Below are positions 1 through 8,676 of a stretch of DNA of 32,000 bases, piece by piece. Positions within the stretch are counted from its first letter, which is position 1; the number at the start of each line of letters is the position of its first letter. The stretch comes from Candidatus Iainarchaeum sp. (GTDB lineage: Archaea > Iainarchaeota > Iainarchaeia > Iainarchaeales > VGJJ01). The notes under the pieces were generated by a model. It was not told the origin of the DNA. It made no database searches and was given only the letters and a program-made list of their open reading frames with translations. The position numbers and the translations under genes were made by a program. The DNA lies in assembly GCA_030688545.1 (NCBI GenBank), contig JAUYHT010000008.1, forward strand, positions 30,001 through 62,000. Direction: 5' to 3'.

Positions 1-867
1 TTTCTCCGCTATTTTATAATCGTAAGAGACCACTTTCATCTGGTATTTCCCCGCCCCCAAATACTGATAATGCACGCTCGCCTCATCCGCGTCGCGGGAG
101 CCGCTGAGCAGGGCGTCTTTCACTATTTCAACCCCATTGGGAAGGGTGCAGGAAATGGTGAGAGTTCCTTTCACCGCTTTCTCGGAGGGCTTCACGTTCT
201 TCTGCACCACGTCCACTACAATGGGCACCCATTGGTCATCAACATCATGAACCGCTTTTTCCCCTTCCAGGGCGATGGCCTCAAAAGCCGCCGGAAGGTC
301 ACCATAATAGGCGATCAAGGGTTCCGCCACGGCCTGCCACCCGTCATCGAGATTCTTTTCCAGGGATTTAGCCATCACCTCCACGAGCTTCCGATTACGC
401 TGGAGTTGTTTGTACTCTTCTATCTTCAACCGCTGCTGGCGCTCCCCCACTTTGTTCAAAGACAAATCGATTTGAAGCTTCTCAGTGTCCACCTTCTGGA
501 CTAAGGCCGCGCGCATCTGGCCCTCGCGCACGTGGTTGCGAATATTTTTTATCCACGAGGATTCGACTTGAGAAATGTGGATGAAACCGGTGGCCCCTTC
601 ATACTCGAGGAGGGAAGCAAACACCCCATAGTCAAGGACCTTGTCCACCTTCACAACCACAATTTCCCCATATTTGGGCCAGGTCTTCACGTGACGATTG
701 CGGGAAGGAGGCGCGGTGGTTATAGGGGGACGCGCACCCGAAGAAGACGGTGGACGGGAGGATGGTCTGGAAAAGGGTCGGGACGCCCCGCCGCGGAAGC
801 CCCCCCGGTTTCCCCCCGGACGCGGGCGGAAGGGACGACGGCCAGTGTTGGAACGGGTGAAGGCCAT
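1..867 (-). CDS. eif2a: translation initiation factor aIF2 alpha subunit (C-terminal end runs off the window; absent from the ORF track because it is edge-truncated)
   Basis: My own translation from ATG 867-865 is open to position 1 (289 codons). It reads MAFTRSNTGRRPFRPRPGGNRGGFRGG...KTWPKYGEIVVVKVDKVLDYGVFASLLEYEGATGFIHISQVESSWIKNIRNHVREGQ...LSLNKV, an S1/OB domain followed by helical and alpha-beta domains as in a/eIF2-alpha. An alternative GTG at 690-688 would give the canonical short N-terminus. Confidence 0.85.
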   Translation of the reverse strand, partial: MAFTRSNTGRRPFRPRPGGNRGGFRGGASRPFSRPSSRPPSSSGARPPITTAPPSRNRHVKTWPKYGEIVVVKVDKVLDYGVFASLLEYEGATGFIHISQVESSWIKNIRNHVREGQMRAALVQKVDTEKLQIDLSLNKVGERQQRLKIEEYKQLQRNRKLVEVMAKSLEKNLDDGWQAVAEPLIAYYGDLPAAFEAIALEGEKAVHDVDDQWVPIVVDVVQKNVKPSEKAVKGTLTISCTLPNGVEIVKDALLSGSRDADEASVHYQYLGAGKYQMKVVSYDYKIAEK

Positions 868-892
868 ATAGATAAGGGTGGGTCCGAATACC

Positions 893-900
893 CTTTAAAA
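893..900 (-). promoter_or_regulatory. TATA-like box (TTTTAAAG on minus strand) for the aIF2-alpha gene
   Basis: The centre lies about 29 nt upstream of ATG 867. This spacing matches the other promoters in the window. Confidence 0.5.
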
Positions 901-918
901 TGCCCCGCTTGAAACGGG

Positions 919-1614
919 TTACTCCCCCAACTGGCGGGAAACAAAGAGGTCGGCGATCTTCTGGGGCAGTTCGACGGATTCGCCTTGTTTGTAGGGACCA
1001 TATTCTTTCATGTCAGTCCCCACAAAACTGGGGACCTCGGCGAGAATGGTGATGCGGCGCTTGGGAAGAATGGGGGTACCTTCCTTTTTTTTGTTTTCAG
1101 GAAGAGATGAAATGATTTCATCCTTTTTTGGGGAAAGGGAAGCAGGGGATTGTATTTTGGGAGCGGGATGGGGGATGTCCGATTCGTTTTTGAATCGCGC
1201 CGACCCGGGTTTGGGGGTATAAACGAACCCATTGGCTTCCAATACCTGATTGACCAGGGACCGGTGTTCCTGGAGCGCGACGAGGAGCGCTTGGTATAAT
1301 TCCTTTTCGGGCCGTGCCATGTGGGAATCATCCGGGTCATTCGTCCGAGCGGAAAGGAGAACGGTGTTCAACAGTTTCTTCTCACGAACTGAAAACCATT
1401 CCTCCACGAGCTTCTTGAGGTTGCCAAAATCCTTGGCCTTGGTGGCATTCAAATCACGGAGGGAATCCAAATATTTTTTTCGCTCATCCTCAATGAAATC
1501 ATGAAGGGTGGGGAAAAAATCCTCCGGTACCTCGACGAGGCGCGTGGTGTTCTTCTCCAGCCGGTAGATGCGGCGCAATTCTTCATAATCCAAGTTGGTC
1601 ATGCGTGTTCCCAC
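919..1614 (-). CDS. GINS subunit (Gins51/Gins15-type)
   Basis: Helical N-terminal domain (LDYEELRRIYRLEKNTTRLVEVPEDFF...LVEEWFSVREKKLLN). Small C-terminal beta domain (ITILAEVPSFVGTDMKEYGPYKQGESVELPQKIADLFV). The two are joined by a low-complexity linker. The gene starts 6 nt after the priS stop, which is the conserved archaeal priS-gins linkage. Confidence 0.7.
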   Translation of the reverse strand: MGTRMTNLDYEELRRIYRLEKNTTRLVEVPEDFFPTLHDFIEDERKKYLDSLRDLNATKAKDFGNLKKLVEEWFSVREKKLLNTVLLSARTNDPDDSHMARPEKELYQALLVALQEHRSLVNQVLEANGFVYTPKPGSARFKNESDIPHPAPKIQSPASLSPKKDEIISSLPENKKKEGTPILPKRRITILAEVPSFVGTDMKEYGPYKQGESVELPQKIADLFVSRQLGE

Positions 1615-1620
1615 CCTCGC

Positions 1621-2853
1621 TCAGCGGAGTTCCGCCGCCCCCCATCCCACGAGATAGACGGCCATGGCCGGGGAGACGGTGATATCCTTTCCCTCATCAA
1701 TGGGAGAAAGGGTGTCCGTTCCTATCTCTACGAGCGGACACTTTTTAACGAAAATCCTTCGATCCTTCCCTTTCACCACCGCCCCATCCCGGAAAGGGGA
1801 ATACCCTTCAAACTCCTCCTCGGAAAGGGATTGGGCGAGGAGACCGGTGCTCCCGTGCAGGGTGTTGGGAACCCGCATGAGGCGATGAATATCGGAAGAG
1901 CATTGACGATCAATAGGAAGCCGCAATCGGTCCACCAGAGCGGCTAACACCGCATCCCAGAAGGGCTCGGTTTTCTTTCCCGGGAGCACGGGGAGTATCC
2001 CCGCGTGCACATCCCGCAGGAGAAGAGAACGGTCATTTAAGAATGTACGAATGGCCCGGGGGGAGGAATGGGAGAGGATTGACCACTCCGTTTCGTCTGC
2101 GTGCAGGAGGAGCGCACGCAATTCATCCAGGATGCGCGACGCATGACCCTTGGCCCGCGCAGGAAGGGGGCAATGGTATTGTTTTCCATCGAAGAAAAAT
2201 CCTAAGGATGAGACATCCATTTCGTGGAAGGAAACATAGTCCATGAGTTCGATCCGCGCGGATTTAGGGAGCGAAAAAATGTGGGGGGAACGGACATGAA
2301 CATGATATCCTTTGCTCCCTGAGAAATTGACGAAAATGGTTTTGCCCCAATCAAAACCCCAATCGTCCTGAAGCAAGCGAATAAGATTATTGGTTTTTTC
2401 TTTGGTAGCGCGCACGCACTCCCCGCACACCCACTCCTCCAGTTGCGTGCCTTTCCCGCACTGCGTGCACTTGGCCACGCGCCCTTTTCCTTGCTCGCCG
2501 CACGCCGGACATTCCCATGCGTCGTGTTGGGTTTTGCAGGGGGTAGGAATGTCGTCCGCGTCGAACTCATAGATGAGGTCTCCCCCCACCCATTGTTTCT
2601 TCTCCATGGGTTGAAGGGTTGGAAACACATATTCCGAAACGGACGCCGACACATACAAGGGGGATTGGTTCTGGAGAAAGGCATTGAATTCTCCATCGTC
2701 TGCGAATCCAGTGTGGCGGCGCTCGATCTTGCTCTGGGAACCATACCCGAATTCCCGCCGCGCGGCCGCATAAGGAAGGGAAATGGGATGCTCCGCGTAA
2801 TAGCGGGCGAAGCACCCTTGGACCCAACTACGTGAAACGGCATTCCCACCCAT
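1621..2853 (-). CDS. priS: DNA primase small (catalytic) subunit PriS
   Basis: Catalytic DLIYEFDADD (DxD) and SGSKGYHVHV motifs. Cys-rich Zn module CPACGEQGKGRVAKCTQCG...CGEC. LMRVPNTLHGSTG motif. Confidence 0.92.
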   Translation of the reverse strand: MGGNAVSRSWVQGCFARYYAEHPISLPYAAARREFGYGSQSKIERRHTGFADDGEFNAFLQNQSPLYVSASVSEYVFPTLQPMEKKQWVGGDLIYEFDADDIPTPCKTQHDAWECPACGEQGKGRVAKCTQCGKGTQLEEWVCGECVRATKEKTNNLIRLLQDDWGFDWGKTIFVNFSGSKGYHVHVRSPHIFSLPKSARIELMDYVSFHEMDVSSLGFFFDGKQYHCPLPARAKGHASRILDELRALLLHADETEWSILSHSSPRAIRTFLNDRSLLLRDVHAGILPVLPGKKTEPFWDAVLAALVDRLRLPIDRQCSSDIHRLMRVPNTLHGSTGLLAQSLSEEEFEGYSPFRDGAVVKGKDRRIFVKKCPLVEIGTDTLSPIDEGKDITVSPAMAVYLVGWGAAELR

Positions 2854-2878
2854 CTGAAATAGAGTAGGGGAAAAGGGT

Positions 2879-2886
2879 CATTAAAA
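2879..2886 (-). promoter_or_regulatory. TATA-like box (TTTTAATG on minus strand) for the priS-gins operon
   Basis: The centre lies about 29 nt upstream of ATG 2853. Confidence 0.5.
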
Positions 2887-2930
2887 CCCATCCCCGGGAG
2901 ACCGCCGAACTCCAAGGAATGGCGCGCCTG

Positions 2931-2938
2931 TTTTAAAG
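2931..2938 (+). promoter_or_regulatory. TATA-like box (TTTTAAAG) for the P-type ATPase gene
   Basis: The centre lies about 25 nt upstream of ATG 2960. This favours ATG 2960 over the track's GTG 2948 as the start. Confidence 0.55.
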
Positions 2939-2959
2939 CGGATTTCCGTGCGGGAAGAC

Positions 2960-5623
2960 ATGGCGGACTATTATACCCTGGCCCCCGAGGCGGTGCTGGA
3001 AGCCCTTGCGTCCCGACGGGGGGGATTATCTCCTAAAGAGGCGGAGGACCGGCTCACACAGTATGGTCCTAATACGATTCGCCTCGAGAAAAAAATAGAT
3101 GTCCTGGAATTATTCATCCGACAATTCACGGGGTTGCTGGTGCTCGTGCTCATTGGCGCGGGAATATTATCCTATGCGGTGGGGGACCCCATTGACACGG
3201 TGGCCATATTCGCCATCGTATTGCTGAATGGATTGTTGGGATTCTTCCAGGAATACAAAGCCGAACGCGCCATCGAGGCACTCAAAAAATTGGGGGCGCT
3301 CCACGCCACGGTAAGACGCGGGGGGGAATGGATTGAAACGGACGCTCAAGCATTGGTTCCCGGGGATATCGTGCAACTCGAGGAAGGGGTGAAAATCCCG
3401 GCCGATATCCGGTTTATCGAGACGATTGAGACGAGTGTGGATGAAGCCCTTTTGACGGGAGAAAGCAATCCCGTGAACAAGCAAATCGAGGCTATAGAAG
3501 GAAACCCAGGAGTGGCGGATAGGGTGAACTATGGGTATGCCAACACCTCCATCGTGCGGGGAAGGGGAGTAGGAATTGTTATTGCTACGGGATTGCAAAC
3601 GGAATTTGGAAAGATTGCCCAAAAATTGGAGGACGTGGAGGATGAACCCACACCCCTCAAACAACACTTGGATGTCTTCGCCAAACAAATGACGATAGGG
3701 GTGGTGCTCGTGATGGTCGCCCTGTTCGTTCTCGGCTATTTCATCCAGGGACGAGAATTAGTGGAGATGCTCCTATTGGCCATCGCATTAGGGGTGGCAG
3801 CCATCCCGGAAGGACTGCCAGCCATCACCACCATTACATTAGCATTGGGGGTGCAGCGCATCGCGCAGAAGAACGCACTCATCAAACATCTGCCTTCAGC
3901 TGAAACCCTGGGAGCCACCACCGTCATTTGCTCCGACAAAACGGGGACGCTGACTAAGAATGAGATGACGGTGGAATACGTGTATGCGGATGAAAAACTA
4001 TATCATGTGAGTGGGGTGGGATATAGTCCGCGGGGGAATGTGGAATGGAACAATGCGCCCTTCACTCCCGAAAATGGGTCAGGGTTGGAAAAAGCCATTC
4101 AATGCGGAGTGCATTCCAACAATGCGCAATATTCCCCGCGCGAAGCCACCATTTTAGGGGACCCCACGGAAGGGGCGATGGTGGTGCTAGGACACAAGAC
4201 TGGGATTGTTACCCAGTGGGAACGAGTGAAAGAAATCCCCTTCACGAGCGCGCGCAAGCAGATGACGACCATCCATGCAGTAGGGGGAAAGGCTTACCGC
4301 ATCTTCTCCAAGGGAGCCGTGGAACGCATCCTGGATGGATGTTCTTTCGTCCTGGAGAATGGTAAAAAAATTCCCCTGACGCAAGGGAAAAAACAGCAGA
4401 TCCAGACGCAGACGAATACGTTGGCCGCGAGCGCCTACCGGGTGTTGGGGTGCGCCTATTTAGATACGGAAACCATCCCCACGAATCCGGAAACTAATCT
4501 GGTTTTCGTTGGATTGCTCGCCCTCCGCGACCCCCCGCGTGAGGAAGCCAAAGGAGCTATTGCCACTTGTGTGGGGGCCGGGATACAGGTAAAAATGATC
4601 ACGGGCGACCATCCCCTCACAGCAAAAGCCATCGCCGAACGATTAGGATTGGAAGGAGAGGTCATCACGGGTGAACAGATAAATGGAATGTCTGATGCGG
4701 AGCTCAACGAGGTTGTGCGCACGCATGCTATTTTTGCCCGCGTGGACCCGGAGCACAAATACAGGATTGTGGAAAGGTTACAACAGTCTGGACACGTGGT
4801 GGCGGTAACCGGAGATGGGGTGAATGATGCCCCGGCCATCAAGAAAGCGGATATTGGCATCGCCATGGGGATCAAGGGAACGGATGTGGCGAAGGAAGCC
4901 AGCGATATGGTTTTGCGGGATGATAATTTTGCTACCATCGTGAACGCCGTTGAATTAGGGCGCACCATCTATGCCAACCTACAAGGGTTTGTCCGCTACC
5001 TCTTGGGGGCGAACCTCGCGGAGATATTGGTGGTAGCCACAGGTTTCTTCCTGGCGGCGGGGGAAGTGTTAACCCCCATCCAACTGCTCTGGATCAACCT
5101 CGTCACGGATGCGTTTCCCGCGCTGGCATTGGGAGAAGATCCCCCCACGAAAGATGTGATGCGGAAAAAACCAAGGCCCAAGAGCGCGGGAATATTAGAT
5201 CAAATGGGATCATTCATCGTGGTATCAGGCCTCATAGGAAGCATTGTGACATTGTTTGCTTTCTTCCATGGCCTGCGCATGGGTGAAACCTATGCGGGGA
5301 CGATGGCCTTCACCATGATAGTCGTGTTTGAGCTGGTGCTCGTGTTCAATGCGCGTGAGGAAGGAAAAACGATGCTGGAACACTCGCCCTTCACTAACCT
5401 CTGGCTGATTTTGGCCGTGGGGCTCTCTTTGGGATTGCAACTGATGGCCATTTATGTGCCCTGGCTCGCCCCCTTCTTTGGAACCGTACCCCTATCCGGG
5501 GAGGATTGGGTTTTGATTGGAGGGTTAAGCCTGTTCGCCCTTCTCGTCCCCAAAATAAGCCATTTCTGGAACACCCATCGCGGGGCTCACTTGGTAGAAG
5601 GAGTTTCCCCTTCCTTGGGGTGA
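2960..5623 (+). CDS. P2-type cation-transporting ATPase (Ca2+/PacL-SERCA-like)
   Basis: TGES actuator motif (LLTGESNPV). PEGLPA in TM4. Phosphorylation site CSDKTGTLT. MITGDHPLTA and TGDGVNDAPAIKKADIG motifs. About ten hydrophobic segments. Confidence 0.93.
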   Translation: MADYYTLAPEAVLEALASRRGGLSPKEAEDRLTQYGPNTIRLEKKIDVLELFIRQFTGLLVLVLIGAGILSYAVGDPIDTVAIFAIVLLNGLLGFFQEYKAERAIEALKKLGALHATVRRGGEWIETDAQALVPGDIVQLEEGVKIPADIRFIETIETSVDEALLTGESNPVNKQIEAIEGNPGVADRVNYGYANTSIVRGRGVGIVIATGLQTEFGKIAQKLEDVEDEPTPLKQHLDVFAKQMTIGVVLVMVALFVLGYFIQGRELVEMLLLAIALGVAAIPEGLPAITTITLALGVQRIAQKNALIKHLPSAETLGATTVICSDKTGTLTKNEMTVEYVYADEKLYHVSGVGYSPRGNVEWNNAPFTPENGSGLEKAIQCGVHSNNAQYSPREATILGDPTEGAMVVLGHKTGIVTQWERVKEIPFTSARKQMTTIHAVGGKAYRIFSKGAVERILDGCSFVLENGKKIPLTQGKKQQIQTQTNTLAASAYRVLGCAYLDTETIPTNPETNLVFVGLLALRDPPREEAKGAIATCVGAGIQVKMITGDHPLTAKAIAERLGLEGEVITGEQINGMSDAELNEVVRTHAIFARVDPEHKYRIVERLQQSGHVVAVTGDGVNDAPAIKKADIGIAMGIKGTDVAKEASDMVLRDDNFATIVNAVELGRTIYANLQGFVRYLLGANLAEILVVATGFFLAAGEVLTPIQLLWINLVTDAFPALALGEDPPTKDVMRKKPRPKSAGILDQMGSFIVVSGLIGSIVTLFAFFHGLRMGETYAGTMAFTMIVVFELVLVFNAREEGKTMLEHSPFTNLWLILAVGLSLGLQLMAIYVPWLAPFFGTVPLSGEDWVLIGGLSLFALLVPKISHFWNTHRGAHLVEGVSPSLG

Positions 5624-6705
5624 GGGGGGGAAGTGGACTCCGGAGGCATGGGGGGAGAGGGGGGAGTGGATTCCCGGGCATAGAATTGGAGGGGGTGGCC
5701 CACATTACAGGTGCGGGAGATGCATAATCCATGTTCCCTGATTTTGGCGCAGGAAGGCGCGGAATATTTCTTTCCCCCTTTCACTCCAGATAGATTTTCG
5801 ACATGATACCGGGTGATGCGCTCATCGAAATTGGAGGCTTTAGCAAAGAGCTTCATAATATCCTCGTTGGGGAGGTTCACATTCACCAGGAATGTCGCCA
5901 GGTCAAACCGCGCCATGTGAGGGAGGTTGGCTCCCGCATCCAATTCGGAATACAGTTTGTCCATACATGGGGGAAACGCATCCCTATTCAATCCGATGCC
6001 GGAGAAAGAGAACTCTTTCCGCTTCACTTTCTCCACGCGCTGCAACCCTAATTGGGCTTTCTCCCTGAAAATAAGAGGCAATCCTTCCGTGTCTACGGGG
6101 AGAGAGGTGAACACGTGCGCGTGCACCACCTCGGCGAGCCAGCGGCAGGCCAGATTGGGTTCCAAATAGACATGTTGAGCGTGCACCCTCTGGTTGACCA
6201 GATGCAGTTGGGCATCACGCAGGGGGATGGATACATATTCGTAGAAGGGGATGCGGATAACCCCCTCATGAGGAATTATGTCCACGCGCTTCTCCAGGGT
6301 TTGAGCCAAATCCAGGAAAGCGGTGAGCTTGTCATTCTCCTGAATGAGATATTCGAACGTGAGATCCCCCATGAGAGAGGCAAAGCGTTCATGAAGAAGG
6401 GGATACCTCATCATTGAGATGAGGATTTTAGCGAGGGGGAATGCGACAATATCCCGCGCCAGGAATTCAGGGTAGGAAATGTCTTTTCGGGAGAGATGAT
6501 TCTTTATAAATTCGGCCCGGGATTTGGCATCGTGCATGGCCGCAGCCTCGATTAATTGGAGAGCACTCTCGAAACCCTCCTCTTCCATGCGCGCGATGTC
6601 AGGAGCCACCTGCTTGAGGACATGCTTGGCCTCGGGGGCAAAAGGATATTTGCGCGCATACTGAAGCTGGGATACTGGAACCATGAATAGGTAATAGGAC
6701 GCCAC
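5587..6705 (-). CDS. priL: DNA primase large subunit PriL
   Basis: Helical N-terminal region. C-terminal Fe-S domain cysteines (PPCMDKLY ... SAPSCAKIREHGLCISRTC). Pro/Ser-rich tail. The start is 5 nt after the stop of the upstream ORF, so co-transcription is likely. Confidence 0.85.
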   Translation of the reverse strand: MASYYLFMVPVSQLQYARKYPFAPEAKHVLKQVAPDIARMEEEGFESALQLIEAAAMHDAKSRAEFIKNHLSRKDISYPEFLARDIVAFPLAKILISMMRYPLLHERFASLMGDLTFEYLIQENDKLTAFLDLAQTLEKRVDIIPHEGVIRIPFYEYVSIPLRDAQLHLVNQRVHAQHVYLEPNLACRWLAEVVHAHVFTSLPVDTEGLPLIFREKAQLGLQRVEKVKRKEFSFSGIGLNRDAFPPCMDKLYSELDAGANLPHMARFDLATFLVNVNLPNEDIMKLFAKASNFDERITRYHVENLSGVKGGKKYSAPSCAKIREHGLCISRTCNVGHPLQFYARESTPPSPPMPPESTSPPHPKEGETPSTK

Positions 6706-6709
6706 GGGA

Positions 6710-7297
6710 TTAAAGGGTGCCGGGGGTAGAGCGCCGGGATTTTCTCCTTAAATTAAGGATGAGTGTGGGTTCAATGGTATGACGCATGGGACGGAATCCC
6801 AATTTCTTGAAAGAAGGGATGTCACGCGGGGCAGGGGATATTAGGATGAGGCCTTTGAACCCCAGGTTTTCTCCCAGAAGACGGACCTCTTTCAATAAGA
6901 TGGTTTGTGCATCACTCTTGGATATCGACGGCCGGCCTTTCCTCGGTAATGGGACTTGGAAGGATAGGCGCAGAAATCCATCCTTGGGAATAGCCACAAG
7001 GGCATGCCCTTCCTCCAATTGAGACGGAATGGTGGAGCGGGGATCAGGGATGGGTTGGATATGCAGAATGCAGAGGCGATACCCTTTATCCGTGGGAGAC
7101 AAATGGGTGCCAAAAATATTTCCATTGGCATCCCGAAAAAAATGTCGGATTGATCGTCCTTTCAAGTGGGATACGAGCACTTTTCGGATGTGGACATATG
7201 AACGGGTATGGGGCGGTCGTTTTCCGGTGACCGTTTTTCTATTTCCGGCTGGACGCGATGAACCACTCGGAGGACCAACCCTTTTTTTTCCACGCAT
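6710..7297 (-). CDS. hypothetical basic protein, weakly GNAT-acetyltransferase-like
   Basis: 195-aa ORF packed between the PCNA stop (7310) and the priL start (6705). Basic N-terminus MRGKKRVGPPSGSSRPAGNRK. The C-terminal half has a GNAT-like motif order (VPLPRKGRPSIS ... LGFKGLILIS ... FKKLGFRP), but it is degenerate. Confidence 0.55.
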   Translation of the reverse strand: MRGKKRVGPPSGSSRPAGNRKTVTGKRPPHTRSYVHIRKVLVSHLKGRSIRHFFRDANGNIFGTHLSPTDKGYRLCILHIQPIPDPRSTIPSQLEEGHALVAIPKDGFLRLSFQVPLPRKGRPSISKSDAQTILLKEVRLLGENLGFKGLILISPAPRDIPSFKKLGFRPMRHTIEPTLILNLRRKSRRSTPGTL

Positions 7298-7309
7298 CCA
7301 TTCATCTCC

Positions 7310-8059
7310 TCAAAGAATCATGTGAGCTAAATAGTATTGCATGCGGGCTTGGCCGATGGTGTAAGTAACGCGCATGGGGGCGTCGGTCTTGAACTCCAAG
7401 GAGATCATGCTATCGGGATCGGCTTCCTTGACGATGTTGGAGAGGAAATTGAGGGAATATTTGGAGGTGACCTCTTCGAGCGCGGAATGAATGGCAATCA
7501 GCCGTCCCTCTTTGGAAACTGTCTTCAACTGACCCTGGTTGCCCTTGGCTTCGATGCGGAACTGCTTATCCTTGACTTTCAGGATGACACTGCTTCCAAA
7601 TAGGTGGGCGTCCTTGAGGGCTTCCTTAAACAGGCGCGCATTAATTTCTACCTTGGCGTCGAACTTCTGGCCGGGGATCTTTATTTCCTTCTCGGATTCT
7701 GACACGTCAATGAGGGGCAGGTGGAAGGTGCGAACGAAATCCCCTTCCAATTGAATTCTTATTTCACTGTCCCCCACATCTAAGGTGAGCTGGTCGGTTG
7801 GAAATGAACGCGCGAGCATGCGGGCGAGCTCCACCACATCAATACCTACATACGTGGGTTCCAATTGGTATTGGGAAAAGGCGGATTTGTCAATAAAGCA
7901 ATCCACTAAGACTATTTGGGAGGGGTCAACGGCCCGCAGACTAATACCCTTATCCGAAAAACGGAAATTCCCCTCCGAAATAAACGAGGCAATGGCGTCG
8001 ACGGTGCGCTTGACGGTGACGGCATCCGGGCTGACAATCATGGAGGAACCCCCACTCAT
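7310..8059 (-). CDS. pcn: DNA polymerase sliding clamp PCNA, paralog A
   Basis: Full-length PCNA pattern: VKRTVDAIASF, LRAVDPSQIVLVD, RTFHLPLIDV, FKEALKDAHLF, KYSLNFLSNIVK, C-terminal YYLAHMI. An alternative start at ATG 8041 (M7) gives an N-terminus equivalent to paralog B. Confidence 0.9.
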   Translation of the reverse strand: MSGGSSMIVSPDAVTVKRTVDAIASFISEGNFRFSDKGISLRAVDPSQIVLVDCFIDKSAFSQYQLEPTYVGIDVVELARMLARSFPTDQLTLDVGDSEIRIQLEGDFVRTFHLPLIDVSESEKEIKIPGQKFDAKVEINARLFKEALKDAHLFGSSVILKVKDKQFRIEAKGNQGQLKTVSKEGRLIAIHSALEEVTSKYSLNFLSNIVKEADPDSMISLEFKTDAPMRVTYTIGQARMQYYLAHMIL

Positions 8060-8095
8060 TTATACGGGATGTTAGTTAAAAAGGTCGGGGTCCGC

Positions 8096-8668
8096 ATGCC
8101 AAAAACACTCATGGGAAAAGGAAAGGGTCACTTTATTGCCCACCTCCTGAGAGGGGCATTGGTTATAGGAATCATTCTCTCTTTCATACAGGGAAAAGGA
8201 GATCACGCCCTGTTTCTAATCCTGGGCCTCGCGGGGAGTGGGATTATCTATTATGTCACCTCCTCCTGGATCCAAGGGATAGGGGAATGGATGGATGTGC
8301 TTTTTGCCCTGTTGGTGGTGTTCGATACTCTTTTGGGGGTGGGGTTGGGATTCTACAATAATATCCCGGGGTGGGATGTGGCCACGCATTACACCACGAG
8401 CCTCTTCCTGGGAGTGGGGGCATTGCTATTGCTCGAACGCGCGTATCCCGCGATGCTATTCCAAACCAAAAAAGAATTAGTGGTGATGGCGATGGTGTTG
8501 TTCAGCCTAGGAATAGGGGGGTTGTGGGAGATAAGCGAATTTTGGGCGGACTATTTTTTCAACACGTCGAGCCAAATATCCTTAACCAACACCATGCAGG
8601 ATTTGATGGTGGATGGAATCGCGGGAGGGGTAGTGGGAATCCTCTGGGTGGGGCAGCGGCGGGAATGA
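8096..8668 (+). CDS. hypothetical polytopic membrane protein
   Basis: About 5 hydrophobic helices (LLRGALVIGIILSF, LFLILGLAGSGIIYYV, ...). The start is uncertain, with ATGs at 8069, 8096 and 8111. The upstream part of the track ORF overlaps PCNA-A and is unlikely to be coding. Confidence 0.6.
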   Translation: MPKTLMGKGKGHFIAHLLRGALVIGIILSFIQGKGDHALFLILGLAGSGIIYYVTSSWIQGIGEWMDVLFALLVVFDTLLGVGLGFYNNIPGWDVATHYTTSLFLGVGALLLLERAYPAMLFQTKKELVVMAMVLFSLGIGGLWEISEFWADYFFNTSSQISLTNTMQDLMVDGIAGGVVGILWVGQRRE

Positions 8669-8676
8669 TTAATGGA

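Noticed and set aside
70-912. Track ORFs 70-504(+), 532-912(+) and 720-1001(-) in the first 1 kb
   Set aside because: They lie antisense to or out of frame with the aIF2-alpha reading frame (1-867, minus strand). That frame has a clear S1-domain translation, whereas these products are low-complexity and Arg/Gly/His-rich.
2202-2915. 237-aa ORF on the minus strand overlapping priS in another frame
   Set aside because: It is completely nested in the strongly supported PriS frame. Its product has no motifs and a composition typical of an out-of-frame read.
5587-5623. 37-nt overlap of the convergent 3' ends of the ATPase and priL genes
   Set aside because: Both C-terminal tails are low-complexity, and such overlaps are common in compact genomes. 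It gives no indication of a frameshift or a pseudogene.
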